Shown: positions 29,105 to 38,241, counted from the first letter of the stretch. The stretch is 64,000 bases of DNA from an uncultured Bacteroidales bacterium (GCA_963787195.1 CAWBCI010000026.1:129605-193604), one strand, 5' to 3'. Made by a program: numbers and translations. The notes: a model not told the origin generated them from the sequence alone.

Positions 29105-29587
29105 ATGAAAAATTCAATCACAATTAGACGAATCGTATATTTGATGCTCTTTGGAGCAGGCTTCCTTACATTACAAAGTTGTGTAACCACCAATGTATAC
29201 AAAACCCCTCCTGTTACAGTTCCTGATATTATTCAGATGAGCAAGCAAGGAGTTCCGGCCCAGACTATCATCGCTAAAATGAGAAAATCCCATACCGTTT
29301 ACCGTCTGAAGGCTGACCAGCTAGCGGAATTACAAAAAGATGGCGTTTCTTCCGATGTTATCAACTACATGGAACAAACCCATATTGATGCTGTGAGACA
29401 TAATCAGCAACTGGAAGACCTGGGTTACTGGTGGCCAGGTTGGGACGGTTATTATTATGGTGGCCCCGCGTTCGGCTGGCCCTATAATTACTGGAACTTT
29501 AACTGGGGGCCCGGAATTATCTTAGAAGGCCATGGTCATGGCGAAGGTCATGAGGGAGAGGAACATGAAGGCCATGAAAAGCATTGA
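29105..29587 (+). CDS. lipoprotein with His/Glu/Gly-rich C-terminal tail
   Basis: ATG at 29105 gives MKNSITIRRIVYLMLFGAGFLTLQSC, a lipobox-like sequence. The tail is GHGHGEGHEGEEHEGHEKH. The track's GTG start at 29090 is less likely. Confidence 0.6.
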   Translation: MKNSITIRRIVYLMLFGAGFLTLQSCVTTNVYKTPPVTVPDIIQMSKQGVPAQTIIAKMRKSHTVYRLKADQLAELQKDGVSSDVINYMEQTHIDAVRHNQQLEDLGYWWPGWDGYYYGGPAFGWPYNYWNFNWGPGIILEGHGHGEGHEGEEHEGHEKH

Positions 29588-29646
29588 GGTGCTTATGTGG
29601 TCAATCGTTTAGCTAAATGATTTAATGTAATTTATTAAGATAATGC

Positions 29647-29683
29647 GCCTGTGGTGGATTTTCACCCACTACAGGCTTTTTTT
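29647..29683 (+). terminator. intrinsic terminator after the His-tail lipoprotein gene
   Basis: GCCTGTGGTGG...CCACTACAGGC stem followed by TTTTTTT. Confidence 0.7.
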
Positions 29684-29772
29684 AACTTGAATTCGTTCGG
29701 ATAAGGCTTTACTTGTAATTTCATAATCCTGATTTTAATTTACTTTTCCTGTAAACTTATTTTAGGACGAGA

Positions 29773-29833
29773 CACCTTATCACCTTATCACCTTATCACC
29801 TTTCCACTTTATCACCTTATCACTCTTCCACAC
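29773..29833. repeat. tandem octamer array (CACCTTAT and variants)
   Basis: The sequence is CACCTTATCACCTTATCACCTTATCACCTTTCCACTTTATCACCTTATCACTCTTCCACAC. Confidence 0.8.
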
Positions 29834-29938
29834 GAACTATTTTCCTCCATTCCATTGCAATACAGTCCCCTAAAGTGTTGATAAAAAGAAAAGAAAGCAA
29901 GACCGATAAATCTTAATTTTGAAGAAATAAATATAAAT

Positions 29939-31375
29939 ATGACACCGGAGGAATTTAGAAAGTACGCGCATTTGATGGTGGATTGGATGGCCGATTACCT
30001 TGAACAGGTAGAGAAATTCCCTGTAAAATCACAGGTAATGCCTGGAGATATCCTGAAACAACTTCCCGATAAGGCGCCTGAACAAGGGGAAGATATGGAG
30101 AGCATCTTTTCCGATTTCCTGAAGATCATCTTGCCTGGCATGACCCACTGGCAGAGTCCTAATTTTTTCGGCTACTTCCCTGCTAATTCAAGTTATCCAT
30201 CGGTATTAGCTGAAATGCTGACAGCAACACTCGGGGCACAATGTATGAAGTGGGAAACTTCACCTGCTGCTGCTGAGCTGGAGGAGAAAGTCATGAACTG
30301 GCTTAAGGAGATGTGCGGCCTGCCACATCATTTCCAGGGGGCAATCCAGGATTCGGCCTCCACAGCCACATTGGTTGCCATACTTTCGGCCCGGGAAAAA
30401 CATTCGGATTACCAGGTCAATGAAAAGGGATTGAAATGGTTCGATAATTTCCGCGTTTATTGCTCGACCGAAACGCATTCATCTATAGAAAAAGCTGTGA
30501 AGATAGCAGGCATCGGAACACAGAACCTCGTGAAAATAGCCGTGGATGATGACCAGAGAATGAGTATCAGGGCGCTAAAAATGGCTATAGAATCGGACCT
30601 GCAGGTGAACAACAAACCCCTGTGTGTGATAGCCACCCTGGGGACTACCGGTACTACCGCTGTGGATCCTTTGGAAGATATCGCCAGCCTCTGTTCCCGC
30701 TATGACATATGGCTGCACGTGGATGCGGCCTATGCCGGGAATGCCCTCATACTGCCCGAATATCGCTGGATGCTGAAGGGCATGGAATATGTCGACAGTA
30801 TAGTGTTCAACCCCCACAAGTGGATGTTCACCAACTTCGATTGCTCGGCTTATTTCGTGAAGGATAAATATACTCTTTTGAGGACTTTGCAAATCGTACC
30901 GGAATACCTGAGGACCAAAAACCAGGGCAAAGTGAATGACTATTGCGACTGGAGCGTTCCCCTGGGAAGACGTTTCAGAGCCCTGAAACTCTGGTTCGTG
31001 CTGCGTTCTTACGGATTGGAAGAACTTCAAAGAAAACTCCGCTATCATATCGAAATAGCCAATAAAATCTCAGATAAAATCCGGCAGCACCCTGACTTCG
31101 AGCTGATGGCGCCTGTGAACTTTAACCTGGTCTGCTTTCGTTATAAACCTCAGGGGATAGAAGATACCAAGGCCCTTAATGAAGCCAACGAACTGCTGAT
31201 GCACACGATAAACCAGAGTGGGAAAGCATTCTTCAGCCATACCCGCATTGGAGAAAGTTTTGTGATCCGGATGGTGACCGGGCAAACCAATGTAGAGCAA
31301 AGGCATGCCGACCAGGCCTGGAATCTGGTTCTGGAAACCGCTGCACAGATCCATATAGAAAACCCGGATGATTGA
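29939..31375 (+). CDS. PLP-dependent group II aromatic-L-amino-acid/tyrosine decarboxylase-like enzyme
   Basis: WQSPNFFGYFPAN, DAAYAG and NPHKWMFTNFDCS (PLP-lysine context) are typical of DOPA/aromatic amino acid decarboxylases. Confidence 0.9.
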   Translation: MTPEEFRKYAHLMVDWMADYLEQVEKFPVKSQVMPGDILKQLPDKAPEQGEDMESIFSDFLKIILPGMTHWQSPNFFGYFPANSSYPSVLAEMLTATLGAQCMKWETSPAAAELEEKVMNWLKEMCGLPHHFQGAIQDSASTATLVAILSAREKHSDYQVNEKGLKWFDNFRVYCSTETHSSIEKAVKIAGIGTQNLVKIAVDDDQRMSIRALKMAIESDLQVNNKPLCVIATLGTTGTTAVDPLEDIASLCSRYDIWLHVDAAYAGNALILPEYRWMLKGMEYVDSIVFNPHKWMFTNFDCSAYFVKDKYTLLRTLQIVPEYLRTKNQGKVNDYCDWSVPLGRRFRALKLWFVLRSYGLEELQRKLRYHIEIANKISDKIRQHPDFELMAPVNFNLVCFRYKPQGIEDTKALNEANELLMHTINQSGKAFFSHTRIGESFVIRMVTGQTNVEQRHADQAWNLVLETAAQIHIENPDD

Positions 31376-31414
31376 GCGGGTTAGCCGATTCAATCTTACA
31401 AAAGTCCAAATAAG

Positions 31415-32506
31415 ATGAAAAAATTAGTCTTTCTCATCCTGCTCCTGCCTTTAATCTCCTGCCGGCCCGGGGCCGGCAAAATTGCCCGTGTCCGACAGCC
31501 CGTTGATACCGTGGGCTTTGCAAGCCACGCCTGGCAGATGGATTCGCTGATGCATCGGATAAACCGGCAATATGACGGTTTGATGGACAGTATGCGGGAA
31601 AAAGCCGGCATAGAGAGCAATACCTCCTGGAGGCTAGCTATATCTCCTCACGATGATTACACCTACGTGGGGCCGCTCTACCCACTGGTGCTGCAACCCC
31701 TGAAAGCCAAAACCGTCATCATGTTCGGAGTGGCCCATAAAGCACGCCTGTTGGGGCTGGAGAACAAGCTTGTTTTCGACACTTACCCTTATTGGAAAAC
31801 ACCTTACGGAGATTTGAAAATGACGGATTTGAGGGAGGATTTGATCCGGCTATTACCGAAGGATATTTACACGGTGAATGACAGCATGCAGGGCATGGAA
31901 CATTCCCTGGAAGCCATCGTGCCCTTTCTTCAGTATTATGACCGGAATGTGAAATTCATTCCCATACTCGTGCCTTACATGAGCTATGAGCGCATGGATT
32001 CGATCGCGAAGCCTTTGGCGAATGCCCTGGCTAAGCTGGTAAAAGAGAAAGGTCTGGAATGGGGCCGGGATTTTGCTATTGTAATATCTACTGATGCGGT
32101 GCATTACGGAGATGAGGACTGGGGCGGACAGAATTATGCCCCCTATGGAGCCGACAGCACCGGCTATCTCCGGGCCGTGCTGCATGAGCACGGGATTATC
32201 GACACCTGCCTGAACGGGGAACTCAGCCCGGAAAAGATCCGGGACTTCTTTCAATATACAGTTAAAGAAAACAACTACAAAGATTACAAATGGACCTGGT
32301 GCGGGCGCTATTCTGTTCCGCTGGGATTGCTCACTGCATATTACCTGCAGAAAGACATGGGCGAAGACCCGCTGGAAGGTGTCTCAGTGGGCTATTTCAC
32401 CAGTATCGATCATGATACCATACCTGTTCATGATATCGGTATGGGTGTGACGGCGCCGGCCAGATTAAGTCATTGGGTTGGCTACGCTGCGGAAGGATAC
32501 CGGTGA
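31415..32506 (+). CDS. Memo-like (AmmeMemoRadiSam system protein B family) lipoprotein
   Basis: SPHDDYTYVG, FGVAH, MEHSLEAIVPFLQYY and ISTDAVHYG align by eye with conserved Memo motifs. N-terminal lipobox LISC. Confidence 0.7.
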   Translation: MKKLVFLILLLPLISCRPGAGKIARVRQPVDTVGFASHAWQMDSLMHRINRQYDGLMDSMREKAGIESNTSWRLAISPHDDYTYVGPLYPLVLQPLKAKTVIMFGVAHKARLLGLENKLVFDTYPYWKTPYGDLKMTDLREDLIRLLPKDIYTVNDSMQGMEHSLEAIVPFLQYYDRNVKFIPILVPYMSYERMDSIAKPLANALAKLVKEKGLEWGRDFAIVISTDAVHYGDEDWGGQNYAPYGADSTGYLRAVLHEHGIIDTCLNGELSPEKIRDFFQYTVKENNYKDYKWTWCGRYSVPLGLLTAYYLQKDMGEDPLEGVSVGYFTSIDHDTIPVHDIGMGVTAPARLSHWVGYAAEGYR

Positions 32507-32525
32507 TTTATATATCATTGAGCAT

Positions 32526-33296
32526 TTAGCATTTAACACTCAACGATTCCCTGACCACTTTCCGGTAGCTCCTCCCTATGTTTAATACAACATCATCCAC
32601 CGTAACTTCATCATAAGAAATGTTTTTTATTTTTTCTTTATTTATGATAAAAGAACGGTGGATCCTCAGGAAAATATCCGGTAATCGGGATGCCAGCTTG
32701 CTTATTTTTTCCTTGCTTACAATCTGATCATTCAGGGTGTTGATTTTAATATAATCGGAAAGGCTTTCGATATAGATGATATCGTCGTATGGTATCTTTA
32801 CAATCTTCCGGTTGGACATGACTTCCAGGAAGGATTTCTTCATCTTTTCGTTTTCATCTTTCAATTGTTGAATTAACAGTCGATTCTCTCTTATCTGGTT
32901 TATTATTAATAAAAATGAGCCGATGAAAACGAGCAAGTACAGAATGACCGCCAGTAAGATGGTATCCCTGGCATTGGGGGGAAGGTGACCGTAACTGAAT
33001 TTTGCCAGGTAAATAAAAGAGAACATTAACACGATCATTTCGAGATACAATGAAACAATGACCGTATAAAAGGTATACAGGCTGAACCTTAAAAACCTTC
33101 TCTTTAAAAAATATTTAGGTACCAGGAAGTAATTGAAGAAATAGGAAGTTCCCAAAACAACAGGCAACAACATAGTGATGAAGAAAAAAGCGGCCGTTCC
33201 GCTTCCCCATGACGATCCGAAAACCAGTGTCAGGACTATAATCACAAGGATCCAGTAGGCAATATGATAATATGGATTGGATGAATTTTTGATCAT
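32526..33296 (-). CDS. membrane-anchored LytTR-domain DNA-binding protein
   Basis: Four N-terminal TM helices and a C-terminal LytTR domain (IIYIESLSDYIKINT...RIHRSFIINKEKI). Confidence 0.8.
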   Translation of the reverse strand: MIKNSSNPYYHIAYWILVIIVLTLVFGSSWGSGTAAFFFITMLLPVVLGTSYFFNYFLVPKYFLKRRFLRFSLYTFYTVIVSLYLEMIVLMFSFIYLAKFSYGHLPPNARDTILLAVILYLLVFIGSFLLIINQIRENRLLIQQLKDENEKMKKSFLEVMSNRKIVKIPYDDIIYIESLSDYIKINTLNDQIVSKEKISKLASRLPDIFLRIHRSFIINKEKIKNISYDEVTVDDVVLNIGRSYRKVVRESLSVKC

Positions 33297-33447
33297 TTAT
33301 CTTACTAATTTCACACTAAAATCGTTAAAAGTAATATAAGTTCAAATTTAAGTCGACATATGACATGTTAAGGACCGGATTTGACCTTGATAAAACCCCT
33401 GGCAAACTATTAATTTGGCCTCAGTATTAATTTTAAAAAATATTGTT

Positions 33448-33831
33448 ATGAAAGAATTATTTTTTATGGGAGGCCCGGGTTTCATGGGGATTTTAACAAT
33501 ACTGCTGATCATCATGGCGGCGTGGATCATTTATCATTTTATAAGGATATATGTCAAGAAACAAATTGATCCGGAAACTGCGCTTCGAAAACTTAATTAC
33601 GGAAGGGCCATCGGCTTGTTCGCGCTTATTACCGGTATCCTGGGACAGTTGATCGGATTATACCAGGCCTTTTCAGCCATACAAAGGGCCGGCGACATTT
33701 CCCCCTACCTGGTGTACGGTGGAATAAAAGTATCCATGATCTCAACACTATATGGGATTTTCATTTATCTGCTTTCTTTACTTCTTTGGTTTATAGCCAG
33801 CCAGATAATCGAGAACAAACTGAAAAATTAA
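33448..33831 (+). CDS. small MotA/TolQ/ExbB-like membrane protein
   Basis: ATG at 33448 (MKELFFMGGPGFMG...). Three TM helices with GGIKVSMISTLYG resembling the channel helix of the family. Confidence 0.6.
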   Translation: MKELFFMGGPGFMGILTILLIIMAAWIIYHFIRIYVKKQIDPETALRKLNYGRAIGLFALITGILGQLIGLYQAFSAIQRAGDISPYLVYGGIKVSMISTLYGIFIYLLSLLLWFIASQIIENKLKN

Positions 33832-33854
33832 ATGGGATGGTGTGGCAGAATATG

Positions 33855-33900
33855 ATTTCAGAATTCAGATTTCAGACGTCTGAAATCTGAATTCTGAAAT
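33855..33900. terminator. perfect 46-nt palindrome between convergent genes (bidirectional terminator-like)
   Basis: ATTTCAGAATTCAGATTTCAGAC|GTCTGAAATCTGAATTCTGAAAT has 23-nt arms with no mismatches and is built from the TCAGATT word. Confidence 0.8.
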
Positions 33901-33911
33901 GTGCTTTGTAA

Positions 33912-34538
33912 CTACTTCCTCAATTTAAAATCGATCCCAAACATCTGGTATCCCAGCACAAAACCATTATTTCCGAAATACAGGCTGAGGGGGCGGATCT
34001 CAAAGGCAAGCCGCCTATTTTCAGGGGCTATTCGTATTGCCAGGGAGGCCCCTGCCCCAACATATAATAACCTGAAATATTCTGAACTGCTATTGTTTTC
34101 CTGGTGCCATCCGCCGGTCCCCAGTATTCCCCTTGAATAATTTACAAAGATGCCTCCTGTAGTAACCAATGATACGGCCCTGTTTTTCAGCAGATCATAA
34201 TGAAGGTTCAATCCAAAGCTCGTGGATCTGTAAAACTGGTCCCTGACATCGGTCATGATCAGGGGGCTAAAACCCCCGAATGTAATATTGGGATTTATCC
34301 TTAACCTTTCCTTTTCCCCCAAACTTTTCTGCCATCCTATGGAATAAACCAATCCAAATCCCATTTCCTTCCGGCCTTCATTGTAGCCTATGCCCAATCC
34401 CGTTCGTATGGAGGACTTTCTGAATTCGTATTCCTGAGAATATGTTACTCTAAAAGCCGTAAAGAAAATGAGTAAAAAGAAAAGCAAGGTTTTAAGCCCG
34501 CTACTGTTGCTTATCCATTTTTGGTAATCTTTATTCAT
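33912..34538 (-). CDS. hypothetical small outer-membrane beta-barrel-like protein
   Basis: Signal peptide and alternating hydrophobic/Gly-rich beta-strand pattern. No family recognised. Confidence 0.5.
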   Translation of the reverse strand: MNKDYQKWISNSSGLKTLLFFLLIFFTAFRVTYSQEYEFRKSSIRTGLGIGYNEGRKEMGFGLVYSIGWQKSLGEKERLRINPNITFGGFSPLIMTDVRDQFYRSTSFGLNLHYDLLKNRAVSLVTTGGIFVNYSRGILGTGGWHQENNSSSEYFRLLYVGAGASLAIRIAPENRRLAFEIRPLSLYFGNNGFVLGYQMFGIDFKLRK

Positions 34539-34570
34539 GAGATTTTCTTTTATCTTTCATCAATCTCCCT

Positions 34571-34598
34571 CTACACTCTACACTCTACACTCTACACT
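34571..34598. repeat. tandem heptamer array (CTACACT x4)
   Basis: CTACACTCTACACTCTACACTCTACACT overlaps the stop codon of the 34597..35202 gene. Confidence 0.8.
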
Positions 34599-35202
34599 AA
34601 AATTCATGGTGGTAACCGATTGAAAAGGTTATCGGCGCGGGTTCGGTGATATCAGTAATGCGTGGATCATTCTTCATCCGCTTATAATCATCATCAAAAT
34701 CAGGGTCCCTGAATAAATAGTCCAACTCTATATCGAAGCCGTTCTTCTTACTTGTTCCGAACCTAAGCTGACCGACTAAACCAGCAGAGAATCCTTTGTA
34801 GATTTTGTTGTACTCAGATCCTACACTAGTGCCTTTCAAATCATTTTCTATAAGAATCTCCGAATTTGTGCCGTACATCACTTTACCGGCCAGCCGGAAG
34901 GATTTGAGGGTTGTTTTGGGAATAATATATCCCAGTGCCCCTATCTGCCATCCAAAACCAATCAAGTAATATCCTCCTGAAACAAAAAAGCCCAGACGCT
35001 CAATAGGCGAAACTTCAAATTTAGCACCAAGGAAGCCTCCGTAATCAATCCCATAACCAAATCCTATGTCATACATATGATGAAGGCTTATTTTCTCCTG
35101 CTTTTGAGGGTTTATTTCATCCCTCACCTTTATCTGGGGAAAGACAAACAAAGGCAGCAAAAAAAAGCACACTATGAACGCGAAATTTTTTGTAAGTCTC
35201 AT
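34597..35202 (-). CDS. hypothetical small outer-membrane beta-barrel-like protein
   Basis: Signal peptide, beta-strand periodicity and a C-terminal aromatic residue (...GYHHEF) typical of OMPs. Confidence 0.5.
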   Translation of the reverse strand: MRLTKNFAFIVCFFLLPLFVFPQIKVRDEINPQKQEKISLHHMYDIGFGYGIDYGGFLGAKFEVSPIERLGFFVSGGYYLIGFGWQIGALGYIIPKTTLKSFRLAGKVMYGTNSEILIENDLKGTSVGSEYNKIYKGFSAGLVGQLRFGTSKKNGFDIELDYLFRDPDFDDDYKRMKNDPRITDITEPAPITFSIGYHHEF

Positions 35203-35317
35203 GGCAAAATGATTTTTATAAGATTTCTTTACAAGTTTAAAAAATCATTCTTTATAGATGAAGTAAAATGACAATTTAGATTTTGTAAAAATAGGCCTCC
35301 TTTAATTATCTGAATTT

Positions 35318-36094
35318 TTGATCAAAATGCCTACTTTTGACTTTTCTAATTATCAATTTATGTCAGATAAGAATCCGGGTGTAAAAGCCGGGGCGCCGAG
35401 GCCCTTACATAAGATATTTACGGAGGTGCCCGGGCAGTACGATCTTATAAACCGACTTTTTACACTTCGCCTGGATGAGAGCTGGAGGAAGAAAGCGGTG
35501 AAAGAATGCCTGGCAGATAAGCCTCAACGGATCATGGACCTATGCACCGGCACGGGCGACCTGGCCATGCGGCTTTCCAGGAACTCTTCCAATGGCACCC
35601 AAATTACCGGCTATGATTACAGCCCCCCCATGCTGGAAATCGCGAAAGAAAAAGTCTCTAAAGCCGGTTTGCAGAATATCCGCCTGGTTCATGGGGATGC
35701 GGCAGACATGCCCTTTGATGACGGACAATTTGATACCATCGGTATAGCTTTTGCATTCCGCAACCTGACTTATAAAAACCCGGATACACCTAAATTCCTC
35801 GCGGAGATCAACCGGGTGCTCAGGAAAGGAGGGCGCTTTGTCATAGTCGAGAGCAGCCAGCCTGCTTCCCCGATTATGAAAGCCCTCAGCCGGATCTATA
35901 CCAAAATTATTGTCTACCGCCTGGGCAGCCTCATTTCCGGGAACAAGGCAGCTTACCGCTACCTGGCCTATTCCGTCATAAATTATTATAAACCTGAAGA
36001 AATTGTGGCCTTGCTGAAACAATACGGATTCAGCCAGATTAGCTATAAACGATTATTCGGCGGGGTTGCCGCCATACATACAGCCATCAAATGA
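35318..36094 (+). CDS. ubiE: demethylmenaquinone/ubiquinone C-methyltransferase
   Basis: YDLINRLFTLRLDESWRKK and the SAM motif DLCTGTGDLA are present. Class I MTase length is consistent with UbiE/MenG. Confidence 0.85.
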   Translation: MIKMPTFDFSNYQFMSDKNPGVKAGAPRPLHKIFTEVPGQYDLINRLFTLRLDESWRKKAVKECLADKPQRIMDLCTGTGDLAMRLSRNSSNGTQITGYDYSPPMLEIAKEKVSKAGLQNIRLVHGDAADMPFDDGQFDTIGIAFAFRNLTYKNPDTPKFLAEINRVLRKGGRFVIVESSQPASPIMKALSRIYTKIIVYRLGSLISGNKAAYRYLAYSVINYYKPEEIVALLKQYGFSQISYKRLFGGVAAIHTAIK

Positions 36095-36477
36095 AACTTA
36101 TCATGCTGCTTAGCGGTGGTGCCATCGGAACGGTATTGAGATACCTGGTTTCAGGCTACAGCCATCGCATATTCGAGACGACTTTTCCCCTGGGGACACT
36201 CGTGGTGAACCTGGTCGGTTCTTTTCTGATCGGCCTCACCTGGGGACTGACCGAAAGCCAGAATTTTTCGCCCAACCTGAAAGCATTCATATTTATCGGC
36301 ATATTCGGCGGATTCACTACCTTTTCATCCTTTTCGCTGGAGACCCTTGAACTGATCCGCAGCGGTGCTGCAGGTTTAGGTATCCTGAACATCCTGCTGA
36401 GTAATATCCTGGGGCTGGGACTAGTGTTTTTAGGATTGATTTCCGGTAAGGCTATTGTTCAACTCATTAAATTATGA
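36091..36477 (+). CDS. crcB: fluoride ion channel CrcB/FluC
   Basis: 128 aa, four TM helices, GAIGTVLRY and GFTTFSSF motifs. The ATGA overlaps the ubiE stop. Confidence 0.9.
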   Translation: MKLIMLLSGGAIGTVLRYLVSGYSHRIFETTFPLGTLVVNLVGSFLIGLTWGLTESQNFSPNLKAFIFIGIFGGFTTFSSFSLETLELIRSGAAGLGILNILLSNILGLGLVFLGLISGKAIVQLIKL

Positions 36478-36481
36478 TCTT

Positions 36482-36829
36482 ATGAAACTTCCGCAAGAAG
36501 GCACGCTATTGCGCATCTTTATAGGTGAAGATGACCGCTATCAAGGGAAACCCCTTTACGAAGCCATCGTGATGAGAGCCCGGGAACTGCAGTTTGCAGG
36601 GGCTACCGTGATTCGAGGGATAATGGGCTTCGGAGCCGAGAGCCGCATACATACCGCCAAAGTCCTTAGGCTATCGGAAGACCTGCCCATCATTATCGAA
36701 ATCATCGACACCCGCGACAAGATCGATGAGATCATTCCTTTCCTGGACGAAACCGTAAAAGAAGGCCTCATAACCCTGGAAAAAGTTCAGGTAATAAAGT
36801 ACCGGCACAGTAAGAGCGAGCTGGATTGA
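36482..36829 (+). CDS. DUF190 domain protein (commonly crcB-associated)
   Basis: LLRIFIGEDDRYQGKPLYEAIV...GATVIRGIMGFG is the DUF190 pattern. ATG at 36482 lies 4 nt after the crcB stop. Confidence 0.8.
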   Translation: MKLPQEGTLLRIFIGEDDRYQGKPLYEAIVMRARELQFAGATVIRGIMGFGAESRIHTAKVLRLSEDLPIIIEIIDTRDKIDEIIPFLDETVKEGLITLEKVQVIKYRHSKSELD

Positions 36830-36846
36830 ACTTTGAGTATTGAACC

Positions 36847-37779
36847 TTAAACCGTAACTTTCTTCTCTTCCGGCAAAATGCTCAGTTCAACCAATTGTCC
36901 GCGGCGGATAAGCGTTATGGTTGTAAGCTGAAAGATATTTTCATTAGTCAGCATTTTAAAAAGGTTTGATGAGCTGGTAACCCTTTCTCCGGAAAAATAC
37001 ACTATGATATCTCCTTCCTGCAGTCCGGCTTTTTGCGCGGGGGAATTGCCTTCCACACTAATGATCAACAGTCCTTTATTTGCTTCAAGCTTATGATAGT
37101 TACGGACTCTCGGATGGATCTCTATCTCCTGCATCATAATGCCCAAATAGCCTTTTCTGATTTTACCATATTCTATAAGTTGCCGGGCCACTTCCTTGGC
37201 AGTGTTGATATCGATGGCGAAGCTCAGTCCGTGCGCTCCCATGATGATGGCGGTATTAATTCCCACCACCTCGCCATCTGAATTGATCAGCGGTCCCCCG
37301 GAGTTACCGGGGTTAAGGGCCGCGTCGGTTTGCAACACATTGTCGATAAACTGCCCCTGTGGAGTGCGTAAAGTCCTCCCCACGCCGCTAAGTATGCCAC
37401 TTGAAACCGAATGCTGGTATCCCAGCGGGTTTCCGATGGCTATCAGGAGTTGCCCAATCTGCAATTCATGGGAATCGCCCAGTTTGGCCACCGAATAACC
37501 CTCACCGTAAATCTTGAGGATGGCTATATCGGTGTCAGGGTCCCGGCCGATGACATCGGCCGTATATTCAGAACCATCCAGTATGGTTACCTTGATCGTT
37601 CCTTTGAGAGCTATCACATGCGAATTGGTAAAAACCATGCCATCACTGGAAAAGATAAAGCCTGAGCCGGAACCGACCAGGAAATCCTTCCCGTTCCTTT
37701 TATCTATAAGATCTACCCTGACAACTGCATTCTTTACCTGGTTTATTGCATTTATAATAATGCTTGAAAAACTGTCCAT
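36847..37779 (-). CDS. S1C (HtrA/DegP-like) serine protease with C-terminal PDZ
   Basis: Catalytic triad contexts TNSHV, DIAILK and GNSGGPL. PDZ-like tail GLQEGDIIV. Confidence 0.85.
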   Translation of the reverse strand: MDSFSSIIINAINQVKNAVVRVDLIDKRNGKDFLVGSGSGFIFSSDGMVFTNSHVIALKGTIKVTILDGSEYTADVIGRDPDTDIAILKIYGEGYSVAKLGDSHELQIGQLLIAIGNPLGYQHSVSSGILSGVGRTLRTPQGQFIDNVLQTDAALNPGNSGGPLINSDGEVVGINTAIIMGAHGLSFAIDINTAKEVARQLIEYGKIRKGYLGIMMQEIEIHPRVRNYHKLEANKGLLIISVEGNSPAQKAGLQEGDIIVYFSGERVTSSSNLFKMLTNENIFQLTTITLIRRGQLVELSILPEEKKVTV

Positions 37780-37864
37780 TTATTTCCTTTCTTCAAAATA
37801 AAAAGAAAGCTTATCAAGAATTGAACCAGAGGGCATGTTGTCATTGAGGAAGGAACAATTGACA

Positions 37865-37910
37865 GGTGGAACAGTGGAAAGGTGGAAAAGTGATAAGGTG
37901 ATATGGTGGA
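37865..37910. repeat. inverted copy of the CACCTTAT-type word array
   Basis: GGTGGAACAGTGGAAAGGTGGAAAAGTGATAAGGTGATATGGTGGA is the reverse-complement type of the array at 29773-29833. Confidence 0.7.
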
Positions 37911-37954
37911 ATTGTATCTAAGGAGGGACTCCCGTATTTCCGTAAGTTCCGGAG

Positions 37955-38112
37955 GGAGGACGCAAAATCCAGTTCAAAGTTCAAAATTCAAAGTGAAGAG
38001 TTTAAGTTGATTAGTTATTAAGTTTTGTCTGGTGCTTGGTAGGAATAGAAACACAATATCAGCTGAACACACGTACTTCGTCCTTAAAGGACGGCACAAC
38101 AATAGCCCCGGC
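37955..38112 (+). repeat. dispersed ~155-nt repeat, copy R1
   Basis: CCAGTTCAAAGTTCAAAATTCAAAGTGA.GAGTTTAAGTTGATTAGTTATT.AGTTTTGTCTGG.GCTTGGTAGGAATAGAAACACAATATCAGCTGAAC.CACGTACTTCG is shared with R2 with only a few mismatches. REP-like GC hairpins follow. Confidence 0.8.
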
Positions 38113-38241
38113 CTTAGGGCCGGGGGCTTGAATGAACCAGTCCGTACCCCATCCCGAAGGGACAACACGACATAGGCCCGGGCCTTAAAAGTTGGTTCTC
38201 CTGATATTTTTATTCAGGAAAATTTAAAGAAACAATAAGCT

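Noticed and set aside
36000-36095. A fluoride riboswitch was expected upstream of crcB.
   Set aside because: The crcB start overlaps the ubiE stop (ATGA). There is no leader in which a riboswitch could sit.
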